NCBI GenBank assembly: GCA_044350705.1
Contig: JBILHA010000002.1
Location: forward strand, 178,295-242,294
Length of the DNA: 64,000 nt
Reading direction: 5' to 3'
Origin: Candidatus Kapaibacterium sp.
GTDB lineage: Bacteria; Patescibacteriota; Patescibacteriia; UBA9934
Shown here: positions 18,053 through 27,020 of the stretch, one piece after another
Layout of the letters: the number at the start of each line of letters is the position of its first letter
Numbering within the stretch: position 1 is the first letter of the stretch
Position numbers and translations under genes: made by a program
Notes under the pieces: model-generated
What the model was told of the DNA's origin: nothing
What the model saw: the letters and a program-made list of their open reading frames with translations, nothing else
Database searches by the model: none

Positions 18053-18754
18053 TTACGTCAGCTTGGTTTCTACGTGGAGCTTTCCAATTGCCTCAAGCGG
18101 CTGCGTTTCTCCCACCTCAGGATTATACGAGTTGTAGTAGAGCTCAATGAGTCCCTGCGTATCCAATTGCGCCACAGATAACCCCATGCTCTCTAATCCT
18201 CCTGCAATGAGCTGCGTTCGTTGCGTGATGGCATACCTCCTATCCTCGAATTGCTTCGCGTTGAGTTTCACGATAGATGCGGGATAAATAGCATTTTGCA
18301 GCTTTACAAAGAAGCCTTTTCCCTTTTCGTTGCCTTCACTGGCATCATACGGTACGACCACAAAAAAACGCTTCTGCATGATTTCTCCTAAATCTACAAG
18401 CTCTTTGATAAAGGAGGTATAGTCTCGAATTTGCGTTTTGAGGAGTTCGTTACTTATCCCTTCCTCTTGTGCCTTTAGACGCGCGAGATATCCATCGATA
18501 TTCATTTTCCTCGATTGGATGCATACCTGCAGAGGATGGTCGAGGCTGTTTAAAAATTGCATGTAGCCCTGGATGACTGCTTGCTGCTCGTCTTCGCTTT
18601 TGAGCGCAAAGTTAATGCTCGATACCATGAGCACCATGCGCATGGTTCCATCTTTCATCACTACCACGTTTTCTCGGATTTCAGCGATGTCCAAATAACG
18701 CTGGGTAGGAGGTCCAGCCTTTGGCCTTGCGAGTGCATTTCTTTGGTCTGCCAT
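18053..18754 (-). CDS. VirB4/PrgJ N-terminal domain encoded as a separate ORF
   Basis: 233 aa ending 4 nt before the ATPase ORF (TAA-AGAT-ATG, different frame). The segment YLDIAEIRENVVVMKDGTMRMVLMVSSINFALKSEDEQQAVIQGYMQFLNSL matches the conserved N-terminal region of Gram-positive VirB4 (PrgJ/TcpF-like) from memory. The summed length of 873 aa equals a full-length VirB4. Confidence 0.6.
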   Translation of the reverse strand: MADQRNALARPKAGPPTQRYLDIAEIRENVVVMKDGTMRMVLMVSSINFALKSEDEQQAVIQGYMQFLNSLDHPLQVCIQSRKMNIDGYLARLKAQEEGISNELLKTQIRDYTSFIKELVDLGEIMQKRFFVVVPYDASEGNEKGKGFFVKLQNAIYPASIVKLNAKQFEDRRYAITQRTQLIAGGLESMGLSVAQLDTQGLIELYYNSYNPEVGETQPLEAIGKLHVETKLT

Positions 18755-18757
18755 ACT

Positions 18758-19213
18758 TTATACCTGAGGGGGAAGTTCATCGTCGCCCTTGTAGACACCG
18801 CCGGTATTTACGATGAGCGTGAGCTCCGAAAGACGGGAGGATTCAAGGGGTGCTTTTCTTAGTTTTTCAGGCGGCTTTTCTTCCTCCACCTTTTTTAAAT
18901 ACACGCGAAGATCCGTATCAGAGAGCGTTTTATCCCACACTCTTTTTGCGGGCTTTTTAATATACTGCAGGAGGTTGAGCACGATATAGTGCAGTGGCTG
19001 GCCATTTACTTTTCCAAAAGCAAACGCTCCTCCGAGTGCGGCGATCGGGATACCAACCGCGAGCATGGGAAGCAGGCTCAAGAAAATGCGGTAGACTAAA
19101 AACTCTGCCACGATTACCCCTACCATGATGAGAAATTGGCGAAGCGTAATCGGGCCAATGATTTTTGGCTCTACATCAAGAAATTGCGGAACGACAAACT
19201 GGGATCGCGACAT
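18758..19213 (-). CDS. PrgI-like (VirB3-like) small membrane protein
   Basis: 151 aa with the N-terminal motif ...VPQFLDVEPKIIGPITLRQF... followed by two TM helices. It lies immediately upstream of VirB4, as in Gram-positive T4SS loci. Confidence 0.5.
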   Translation of the reverse strand: MSRSQFVVPQFLDVEPKIIGPITLRQFLIMVGVIVAEFLVYRIFLSLLPMLAVGIPIAALGGAFAFGKVNGQPLHYIVLNLLQYIKKPAKRVWDKTLSDTDLRVYLKKVEEEKPPEKLRKAPLESSRLSELTLIVNTGGVYKGDDELPPQV

Positions 19214-19230
19214 GCAGGAAGTATAGCAGA

Positions 19231-20982
19231 TTAGAACCGCGTTTTTTCATTCCAACGTGCTAATGCTTGCATCTCTGCAGGGCCCAGACTTTCCTGTCCC
19301 TGCGATCTTCGCCGTGCGGCAATTTCTGCAACCGCGACACCCGTATTCAGCGACTCTCCCATGAGTGTTACGTACAGGGTTGCAAGTGGACTCTTGCGCC
19401 ATGCGAGCACACCCCGTACCCGATCTTCGTAACTCGTTTTTTGTAATGACAAGAGCAGTGCTTCCATTTTTCTCACGGCTTCATCTGGATTTGTAGAAAG
19501 TCGTCGGAAGTCCGCGAGCGTCATGGTTCCTAACTGTTCAACAGGACCCATGAGCTTGTTTCCTGAGACGATATCCGTCACCTTTTTGGGTACGCCATTC
19601 TCCTGTACAGGAGCGACGCTTCCTACCGTTAACTCGACGACTGCTGGTGCAGGCTTTTGAGATTGCTTCGTGAGGGATGCAAATTTTTCCTCGGTTTTCT
19701 TTGCCTCCTGCTCTTCCCAGGCCTGCGCGTCTTCGTCAGTAATCTCAACGCGCACATCCTCTACACGCTTCAGCGCATCTCCCGCCACACGGTACGCATC
19801 TTGTGCCTGCAAGAGCGCCTGCATGAGGAGAGAAAGCTGCTCGCCTTTCACTTTATAGTCGCGTTCAAGAATATCGCGTGTTTGATACTGATCGCGAATA
19901 CCGCGGAGCATTTTTCCAACGATATCTGCGAATGCTGCGGTAGGAATCTTTCCCTCATCCAGAATAGCCTTACTTTTTTCGAGCGCAATATCAATCGCCT
20001 CTGAGAAGGCGACTTTTATGGCTTCATCTTGATTTTTCTTCGCTTTTTCAGCTCTTTTTTTTGCAATCGCTTCAGGCTTCTCTTCAAGAAGTGCCGGCTC
20101 TGACACCCTGTCCTTTTGCAGCGGCAGCGCGATCGATGCACGCTCTGCTTTTTGTCCTTGCTGTCGTTGCTCCTCCTGAATAGGCGAGGAAATCACCGGC
20201 ACTTCTGCCGCCATTTCATGAGAAGGAGGGATTTCGAGTGCGGTCGTGAAGACTTTCTCCTCATTTTTTGAAGATTCCTCAAGAGGCAATTGCTCCTTGA
20301 CCAGCGCCCCACTCTCTTTTTCTTGAGCATCCGCGACAACTTGCTCTTTCATTTTTTGCTTTGCACGGAATTCCTCTTCAGATACAAGCCGAACGCTCCC
20401 AAGCCCCTCTTCTATTACCTGCAAAAGTGTGTCAATTTGCTCTTTTGCAAGCCCTAATCCTCCAATGGTCAGCGGCCTTCCAAAAAAAATCTTTAAACTT
20501 TCTCCTGTTTTTTGTCCGCTCATTCGCTGCTCGAGGAGAAACGCGAGACGCTTCAACAAGAGATCTGAAAATGTAAGTCCGGCTTGGGATACCACTCTTC
20601 TTGCAAAGCTCTCTGCATCAATCATCTCCTTTTCAATGCGCATCCCCTTTTCGTAAAGCGACACATCAGCCCCCCAAATACGAAGCTGTTCCTCTATTCC
20701 TGGGAAAAAATCTTCCAGAGGGAGAAGTCTCAGGGCTGATACTTCCACGGCAAGTTCCTGAGATCTTGCATCGGAAAGATCAAATGCCTCCTTGAGGAGC
20801 CCGGGCACCTCTGCAAGAGGAATCTGCTCATCAAGGACAGCGTCCGTTAGATCAAGCAATTCTCCCACCCTTTCCTCTGGAATTTGATACTTCTGTCCAA
20901 CATCAATAAGCGCATCATAAATGTCGCCATCTTGAAGAAAGTTCCTTGTCGCATCGATATTAAGTAGCGTCGCGAGCGACAT
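19231..20982 (-). CDS. Hypothetical soluble coiled-coil protein (583 aa) in the T4SS cluster
   Basis: Long ORF with no TM segments and Lys/Glu-rich predicted coiled coils. No recognisable catalytic motif. Confidence 0.5.
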   Translation of the reverse strand: MSLATLLNIDATRNFLQDGDIYDALIDVGQKYQIPEERVGELLDLTDAVLDEQIPLAEVPGLLKEAFDLSDARSQELAVEVSALRLLPLEDFFPGIEEQLRIWGADVSLYEKGMRIEKEMIDAESFARRVVSQAGLTFSDLLLKRLAFLLEQRMSGQKTGESLKIFFGRPLTIGGLGLAKEQIDTLLQVIEEGLGSVRLVSEEEFRAKQKMKEQVVADAQEKESGALVKEQLPLEESSKNEEKVFTTALEIPPSHEMAAEVPVISSPIQEEQRQQGQKAERASIALPLQKDRVSEPALLEEKPEAIAKKRAEKAKKNQDEAIKVAFSEAIDIALEKSKAILDEGKIPTAAFADIVGKMLRGIRDQYQTRDILERDYKVKGEQLSLLMQALLQAQDAYRVAGDALKRVEDVRVEITDEDAQAWEEQEAKKTEEKFASLTKQSQKPAPAVVELTVGSVAPVQENGVPKKVTDIVSGNKLMGPVEQLGTMTLADFRRLSTNPDEAVRKMEALLLSLQKTSYEDRVRGVLAWRKSPLATLYVTLMGESLNTGVAVAEIAARRRSQGQESLGPAEMQALARWNEKTRF

Positions 20983-20990
20983 ACGTTTGT

Positions 20991-23867
20991 CTAAGTCATG
21001 TATCTTTCAGCGGCATTGTACGAACTACGGAGTCCACGAAGGCGCTTTATCTCGTCCGCAGAACTTGCCGTCGTTTCATGCACGCGAAGTGCAGCGCCGA
21101 TGGTACTCATCGCATCTTTTATCGCTGCTTTTTTTCCTGCATCCGTTTCTTTTCTCATCATCTCCGCCAGCTTGTTGAAATCTTCCTTTGAAAGACCGTC
21201 CACAATCGTCTTTGAGAAGTCGTTTCTCGCACCTTTCACTACCGCATCGCGAATCGCATCCTGCATGTGCGCCACAGAAGAAGGGTCCGCTTTCATAAGT
21301 TGCTGCACCTTCATGCGCTCATCTCGTCCAATATTCATGGATGGGTTTGTTGCAGGATTTGTGTCAACGCCTGGAATAATATCGGGAATGGTTTTCCCTG
21401 CCCCCAGAAGCTTCTGACGAATTGCATTTGCATCATCAATACTAATTCTTCCTCCTGCAGCCTCCATTGCCGCGAGCTGTGCTTGGATTTGGCTTTGCGT
21501 TGCCGCATTCATTTTTGAGAAGTCTGCCTTCGATTGTGCGAGCGCCTGAATTGCTTTATCAGCGTTTGCATTTCTTGATGAATCGAACATGGCGTCATTC
21601 AGCTGTCCTTCGCTGACTTGGCCATTCTCAAACGCTCTGCCGATATTCTCTACACTCTGCGTCTGCATGACATTCGTCACAAACTGCTGCTGCACCGAAG
21701 CAGCAGTAACCCCCGGAGGTCGTCCTGCCTTTGCCGCAGCCTTTGCTTCAGCATCGATTTGTTCTTTTGCAAGATTACTTACATCTGTTTTTCCTTCAAT
21801 AATTGCCTGAATAACGCTTGCCTTGCCTACATCAGTCGTCGTTAAATGCGCAGACGCCTCTGTGGTCTTTGATCGACCATATGTTCCTCGATTCAATTCA
21901 TCGAGTTTACTGACCTTCTTTCCACTTTCATACTTTGATGTCGCTCGACCCATTGCGTTTAGAACAGTTTCATCAGCAGCAGCCTGTGAACGCAAAAGGC
22001 GTCCGTTGAAATCTTCTGAATCGATGAATTTTTCTGCCTTACTCTTATCTACCTTTGCATAGAGATCCGCATATTGTGATCGTGCCTTATTCCATGCTTC
22101 TTTATCTATTGGTCGGTCATGCTCATGTTTATCAAAGTCACTCAAGGTGCTCTGTACGATTTCATCAAACTTCTCTTTGCCCACCTCCTTTTCTAAGGCT
22201 TTTGCAAAATCCTTATTCGTAAATAATTCTCCCCGAAGCACCTTCGCATCGGCTAAAATGTCATTTGAAATAGCGCCCGTTCCTGTCGCGGACTTCATCA
22301 ATCGAGATACCCTTTGCGCATCGGTCATGTGTGAAACGCGATCCTTTGCTGCTTTTTTCTCCTTTTCATCAAAACCATGCAAACGTGCATCAATCGAAGA
22401 GCCCGCCGACAAGAGAAGATCTGAACCCGTCGCAGCTCCTGCGGCACTCACAATATTTCCTGCGCGTTTCGCAATTTTCTTACCTCCAATGAGCGAAGAT
22501 TCGAGAGGGCTTTCTGCCACCTGCAGTCCACGCGTAGCGACCCCAGCTGCTTTCTGCGTTAAGTTGCCCGTGCGTTGTAAGAAAGCGTTCAGCCGAGGGC
22601 TGCTCCCTGCGAACATATTGGACCTTCCCAACATTCCTCCCGCTTTTCCCGCCAATTGACTGCCAACTCTTGCCCCCGTAACAGGTAAAGCAAGGGCTCC
22701 TCCAGATATTTTCCTTCCCAGAGAAAGCGCGCGGCGACCGGTCTTTTCATTGAGCGCCATTGCGGCGAGGCCTCCCATTTTTGACGCGATTTTCGCCGAC
22801 TCACGGATACCCATGAGTAAGAAGACGATCGCAATAAGGAGACCGGTGAAGTTGGTGGATTCGAAAATTTCGAGCGTGATTTGTCCGTAGGTTGTACGTT
22901 CTTCTGGCTCTGGGAATGCCTCTGCCTTTGCGAGGTGACCGTTTGAAGATGCGGCAAGCGCCAAATACAAGAAAAATGCGAGCATCGGGCCAAGGATGAG
23001 CGGGGGGACAAATCCCTGCACCCATTCATTCCACACGCGACCCAACCACTTGATGATATCCATGGACCCCCAGGAGAATCCTGCGAAAGGCGCCATGATA
23101 AATGCAATCCAGAGCATGATGATGCGCCAGATGAACGCTACGGCAAGCAGCAAGATGACGATCATCACCGCTACCTGCACCATGAGTTTTACGTAGGCGT
23201 TTGCAATGTTCGATGCCAATGTCACCAGCGTAATTCCCGCCTCAGACGCTCCTTGAAAAGTCGCCGAAGAGTACGTGGTTGCTTGCGGCATGACCATGAG
23301 CTGCGCAAAGTTTCCGGCCGCAATACTCATGAGCGCGTTTACGAACGTCATCATGACGATTTGACTTGCGTCTACAGCAAGACCGCAGATGGTTCTACTA
23401 AAGTTTGCAAAAACGATACCTAAGAAGAATCGAGGAAGGTGTTGCTGCCAGGCGCTACTTCCCTGCCCAACCATCGTTTTTACCGCCAAAATCAAGAGCA
23501 CAATGACCGCAAACATGTTTACCATGTCGCGCGTGAGCGTCCATCCGAGTGTGACGATGCTTGAGCTTGAGAAATTGTTGTAACTGAGGACATTGACGAC
23601 GATCACCTCAATGATCACGAGCGTGAGCGAACCAATCGCATCACCGATGAAGTTGATAATCTGCGCGAGGACGTTTCCAATCCACATGACCAAGCTGTTC
23701 GCCCAGGTGGATTCCTCGGGAGTTTCATATGCGGCATGCGCGATATCTGGTACCACCGCATGCATAAGCATGCCCATGCCAACAAAAAGACCAAGCACAA
23801 GTGCCGTGGTCCCTACTTTACGGAACAACCGACGCATCCCTCCAAACATATGGGAATAGTGTAGCAC
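20991..23867 (-). CDS. Polytopic membrane protein with a long hydrophilic C-terminal extension; candidate VirB6/TcpH/PrgH-like T4SS channel component
   Basis: 958 aa with about 8 TM helices in the first ~400 aa, then a ~550-aa Ala/Lys-rich coiled-coil tail (TcpH-like architecture). The start is GTG at 23867 or ATG at 23849. Confidence 0.5.
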   Translation of the reverse strand: MLHYSHMFGGMRRLFRKVGTTALVLGLFVGMGMLMHAVVPDIAHAAYETPEESTWANSLVMWIGNVLAQIINFIGDAIGSLTLVIIEVIVVNVLSYNNFSSSSIVTLGWTLTRDMVNMFAVIVLLILAVKTMVGQGSSAWQQHLPRFFLGIVFANFSRTICGLAVDASQIVMMTFVNALMSIAAGNFAQLMVMPQATTYSSATFQGASEAGITLVTLASNIANAYVKLMVQVAVMIVILLLAVAFIWRIIMLWIAFIMAPFAGFSWGSMDIIKWLGRVWNEWVQGFVPPLILGPMLAFFLYLALAASSNGHLAKAEAFPEPEERTTYGQITLEIFESTNFTGLLIAIVFLLMGIRESAKIASKMGGLAAMALNEKTGRRALSLGRKISGGALALPVTGARVGSQLAGKAGGMLGRSNMFAGSSPRLNAFLQRTGNLTQKAAGVATRGLQVAESPLESSLIGGKKIAKRAGNIVSAAGAATGSDLLLSAGSSIDARLHGFDEKEKKAAKDRVSHMTDAQRVSRLMKSATGTGAISNDILADAKVLRGELFTNKDFAKALEKEVGKEKFDEIVQSTLSDFDKHEHDRPIDKEAWNKARSQYADLYAKVDKSKAEKFIDSEDFNGRLLRSQAAADETVLNAMGRATSKYESGKKVSKLDELNRGTYGRSKTTEASAHLTTTDVGKASVIQAIIEGKTDVSNLAKEQIDAEAKAAAKAGRPPGVTAASVQQQFVTNVMQTQSVENIGRAFENGQVSEGQLNDAMFDSSRNANADKAIQALAQSKADFSKMNAATQSQIQAQLAAMEAAGGRISIDDANAIRQKLLGAGKTIPDIIPGVDTNPATNPSMNIGRDERMKVQQLMKADPSSVAHMQDAIRDAVVKGARNDFSKTIVDGLSKEDFNKLAEMMRKETDAGKKAAIKDAMSTIGAALRVHETTASSADEIKRLRGLRSSYNAAERYMT

Positions 23868-24096
23868 AAATCCTTTGTGTCATTCCGACGACAGGAGGAA
23901 TCTCTTCCCTTTCATTCATTTACACTTCCCATGTTTGAAAGTAAGGGTTCTTCAACGCAATAAGCGCATATTTCTTTTGTCTTCTCCATTTCTTTAATTC
24001 TTTTTCTCGAGCAATGGCAGCGTGTACATTTGCGGTTGATTCAAAGTAGGGAATTTTTTATGAATGGATCTGAAGGAGATCGCTCCTACCGTCGGG

Positions 24097-24182
24097 ATGA
24101 CACCGGATCTCTTTCGGACTTTTGTATAAGATCCAACAATGACACCGGTTCTCTCTTCCACTTTTTTTGTACAAGACCCAAC
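24097..24182. repeat. Tandem imperfect direct repeat (2 x ~42-44 bp)
   Basis: ATGACACCGGATCTCTTTCGGACTTTTGTATAAGATCCAACA / ATGACACCGGTTCTCTCTTCCACTTTTTTTGTACAAGACCCAAC at about 80% identity. It sits in the 400-bp intergenic region upstream of the T4SS operon. Confidence 0.55.
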
Positions 24183-24215
24183 GTCGTCACTTCTCCCTGT
24201 GAGATACGCAAGACG

Positions 24216-24242
24216 CCTGGGAGAGCAGAACGCTCTCCCAGG
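24216..24242. terminator. Strong hairpin (11-bp perfect stem) downstream of the M23 peptidase gene
   Basis: CCTGGGAGAGC-AGAAC-GCTCTCCCAGG; weak flanking U-tract. Confidence 0.45.
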
Positions 24243-24273
24243 CGCACGATTCTTCTCTTTCGGACAAGAAGAA

Positions 24274-26022
24274 TTATTCCTCGATCACGACCCGCAGTCC
24301 GCAGCCACTTGACGTGGGATCATCGGCGGCGACCACCGACTGCGCATGTCCGTTCCAGGTTGCAGCTACCGTTCCCTGGATGGTTCCGGGCGGAAACGGC
24401 CCCAGGCAGGACCAGCTTGTCGTACCAGAGATGACGTACTCCACCGAAAAGCGGAGTGCGTCGCCCGGTTCCATGACGCGACGGTAGGTGAGGTGGGAGG
24501 TATCTGACCCCTCCGCAAGCACCCCCACCCAGCTCCGCGGATCACCACCCGCGGGGGTGAACTCCCCCGAGAGGGTGATGCGGCTTGCCGTCGCCGCATC
24601 TGGCGTTGTCCAGGTGAGCACGAGCTCCCTCTCTTCCTCGATGTCGGTCTCCGCCGGTGCTTCTTCTTCCTCTTCCCGCGTTTCTTCTTCCTCAGGCGGA
24701 TCACCCGCGCTCTCGTAGGCTCCTCCCCCAACCGCAGCACCGCCGCAGGTGGTGATCAGAGACTCGGTGAGGCAGGAGATGCCCGTCGCACAGCTCCCGC
24801 GCACGGTCACGATGCTCTCGAACTCGCTCCGCTCCACTTCGAGCACCGTTCTTTCCCAGAACCCCATGAGCAGATAGACGCTCCACGTCTCGATGGGCAT
24901 CGCAACACCATCGCTCATGAGGTACACGTCGCTTGCATCGGCCGGAGAGATGAGGCTTCCATCGCGGTAGCGCGCGTTGCCGCTGTGCACCGGATAGTCG
25001 CCAAGATCGTCGGAGAGATCGGACGCCTGGAGCAGGTCATCGTACGTCGCGGCGCTCATGCCCCACGACTTCACAACCCCCTGCCAGCCGAGCGTACCGA
25101 TCTTCTGTCTCGCACGATACTCATCGCCGCGCGTTCCCATGAGAAGCCACACGCCGGTTCCGCCTTCGTCGTCGTACACCGCGCGCACTGCGGACGCATC
25201 TCTCAGGCTCTCGCCTTCTTCGAAGCAGGAAAGCTCCTCGGGGGAGACGAGCGCAACATGCGCGAAGTCGTAATTGCGGGAGGTGAAGGCGCTCTCGGTC
25301 ACGAACACGCGCCTCTTCCCTTCTTCGATGAGGTACACCGCGCTCTCGAAGGGCGTCTTCACGAGCGTGCCGTTCGGGTGCCAGCGCGGCACAGGAAGGG
25401 ACGACTCGTACCGATGACCGGACGTGAGATCGCAGATCATGCTCGTTACCGGCGTTGCCTGTGCCGGCGTTCCCCGCGTGGCATTGCGCGCGAAGAACTC
25501 GAGCCCCTCCTGCGAGATTCCCTGGACGCCGTCGTCCGCTGCATCTCCCCAGTGACGGCCGATATGCAGATGGTCTCCCGTGGAGTTCCCCGTCGTCCCT
25601 TCGATTGCGATGATCTGGCCCGCCACCACTTCGCTCCCATCCTCCACAAAGATGTCGGACAGGTGCGCGAGGATGATATAGGTACCGTCACCGAGATCGA
25701 TGTTGATGTGCAGACCGAAGTTCGTCGTCGAATTGCGGTCGTGCACGTACGCCACGCCCGCGACCGGCGCGTACACCAGATCGTCGGCGTCGTTGGGGGT
25801 GTCGAAGTCCACGTCGTAGCGCGTTGCGGTTCCCCGGTGGGAGTAGCTCCCTCCGGTCCCCTGGCTGCAGCGGTAGCTCTCCCCTTCGGCGAAGGGCAGA
25901 TGAACCGTCACCGCGTCACGCCCTCCCCCGCCGATTCCGGTGTCTTCAGGAATGCTCAGCGGCGGCAGCGGCGAACAGCTACAGAAAAAAAGTACGAGGA
26001 GCGCACAAATAATGAAGGTCAT
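24274..26022 (-). CDS. Secreted/lipoprotein M23-family metallopeptidase with a large C-terminal domain; high-GC gene
   Basis: Signal MTFIICALLVLFFCSCS. The M23 motifs are HRGTATRYDVDF and GNSTGDHLHIG (G-x-STG-x-HLH). An acidic linker PPEEEETREEEEEAP is present. GC is about 65% versus about 45% in flanking genes. Confidence 0.75.
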   Translation of the reverse strand: MTFIICALLVLFFCSCSPLPPLSIPEDTGIGGGGRDAVTVHLPFAEGESYRCSQGTGGSYSHRGTATRYDVDFDTPNDADDLVYAPVAGVAYVHDRNSTTNFGLHINIDLGDGTYIILAHLSDIFVEDGSEVVAGQIIAIEGTTGNSTGDHLHIGRHWGDAADDGVQGISQEGLEFFARNATRGTPAQATPVTSMICDLTSGHRYESSLPVPRWHPNGTLVKTPFESAVYLIEEGKRRVFVTESAFTSRNYDFAHVALVSPEELSCFEEGESLRDASAVRAVYDDEGGTGVWLLMGTRGDEYRARQKIGTLGWQGVVKSWGMSAATYDDLLQASDLSDDLGDYPVHSGNARYRDGSLISPADASDVYLMSDGVAMPIETWSVYLLMGFWERTVLEVERSEFESIVTVRGSCATGISCLTESLITTCGGAAVGGGAYESAGDPPEEEETREEEEEAPAETDIEEERELVLTWTTPDAATASRITLSGEFTPAGGDPRSWVGVLAEGSDTSHLTYRRVMEPGDALRFSVEYVISGTTSWSCLGPFPPGTIQGTVAATWNGHAQSVVAADDPTSSGCGLRVVIEE

Positions 26023-26651
26023 GGGCCGACGTCTCCGGAGATGAAACGATGATTCGTTTCTTTTCCCCTTGCAGAGGGAGTCCCAAAGGAACTGCAAGGG
26101 AAACCGGAGCGCAGCATATGCCCTGGGGTAAGGACTCCCCTCCTTACCCCTTTATTTATTAAGTATGGAATGCTGTTTGCCCGGCTGTCGTTTTGAAAGC
26201 GCGTTTTTTGGTACCCGCTTTCAGGGCGATCAGGCGCGCGTTTGTCATTCCTGCAGACACTCACGAACGTTCCTTCAAGGTCGTGCCCGAACTCGTCGGT
26301 CGTTCTGCTTCCATATCACCATAAAAAAAGAAGTCTTCAAGTAAAAACCTTTAAAAACTCTTCTCTTTTTTGCGCGTTTTCGTTTCTGGTATCTTTTTTT
26401 CTTTTCATTGTCAGAAAACAATGAACAGCTTTTTCGCAAAACATCTCTTTGAAGCGATGCGTTGTCCCCTCTCCAAAAACACCGTGGGAAAAGCTGTCAG
26501 GAGTGCAAAAACTGTGGATAACCTACAAAAAACACGCCCCTTGCAATGGGCGTGTTTCCTCTCTCTTGAAGCTCGCGTATACGCCCCTCCTGGCCTCCCC
26601 GATGGGGAGGATCTCGGTGGAAACTCCCCTGACTCACCCGAGACGCTTTCA

Positions 26652-27020
26652 TTACTTTCCCTGCAAACGCTTTACTTCTTCGTGAATACGCCCCACTACA
26701 CTTTCCACATCTTGAAATACTTCCTCATTCTTTATTCTCATCACGTGAAATCCCGCTCCTATGAGATAGGCCTCACGCTGCATGTCATAAATTCGATGTC
26801 CAAGTTTTTCATGAATTTTTCCATCGATTTCTATTACCAAACGGAGCGGCCAGAAACAAAAATCAACAATAAAAGGACCTATGCCGTGCTGCCTACGGCA
26901 CCTTACTCCGAGCGCATCGTGCGAAAGATGACACCAAATCACCCTTTCCGCCTGAGTCATCCGCTTTCTCAATTCTCTCCGTCGCTCTTTACTCCTCGCG
27001 GGATTGATGAGTCTTTTCAT
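26652..27020 (-). CDS. DUF559 endonuclease-domain protein (Vsr-like / PD-(D/E)XK fold)
   Basis: 122 aa with ...QAERVIWCHLS...GVRCRRQHGIGPFIVDFCFWPLRLVIEIDGKIHE..., matching the DUF559 pattern. Confidence 0.7.
   Translation of the reverse strand: MKRLINPARSKERRRELRKRMTQAERVIWCHLSHDALGVRCRRQHGIGPFIVDFCFWPLRLVIEIDGKIHEKLGHRIYDMQREAYLIGAGFHVMRIKNEEVFQDVESVVGRIHEEVKRLQGK

Noticed and set aside
24985-26052. 355-aa plus-strand ORF inside the M23 peptidase locus
   Set aside because: It is antisense to a gene with clear M23 motifs. Its Arg/Ala-rich translation is a GC artefact.
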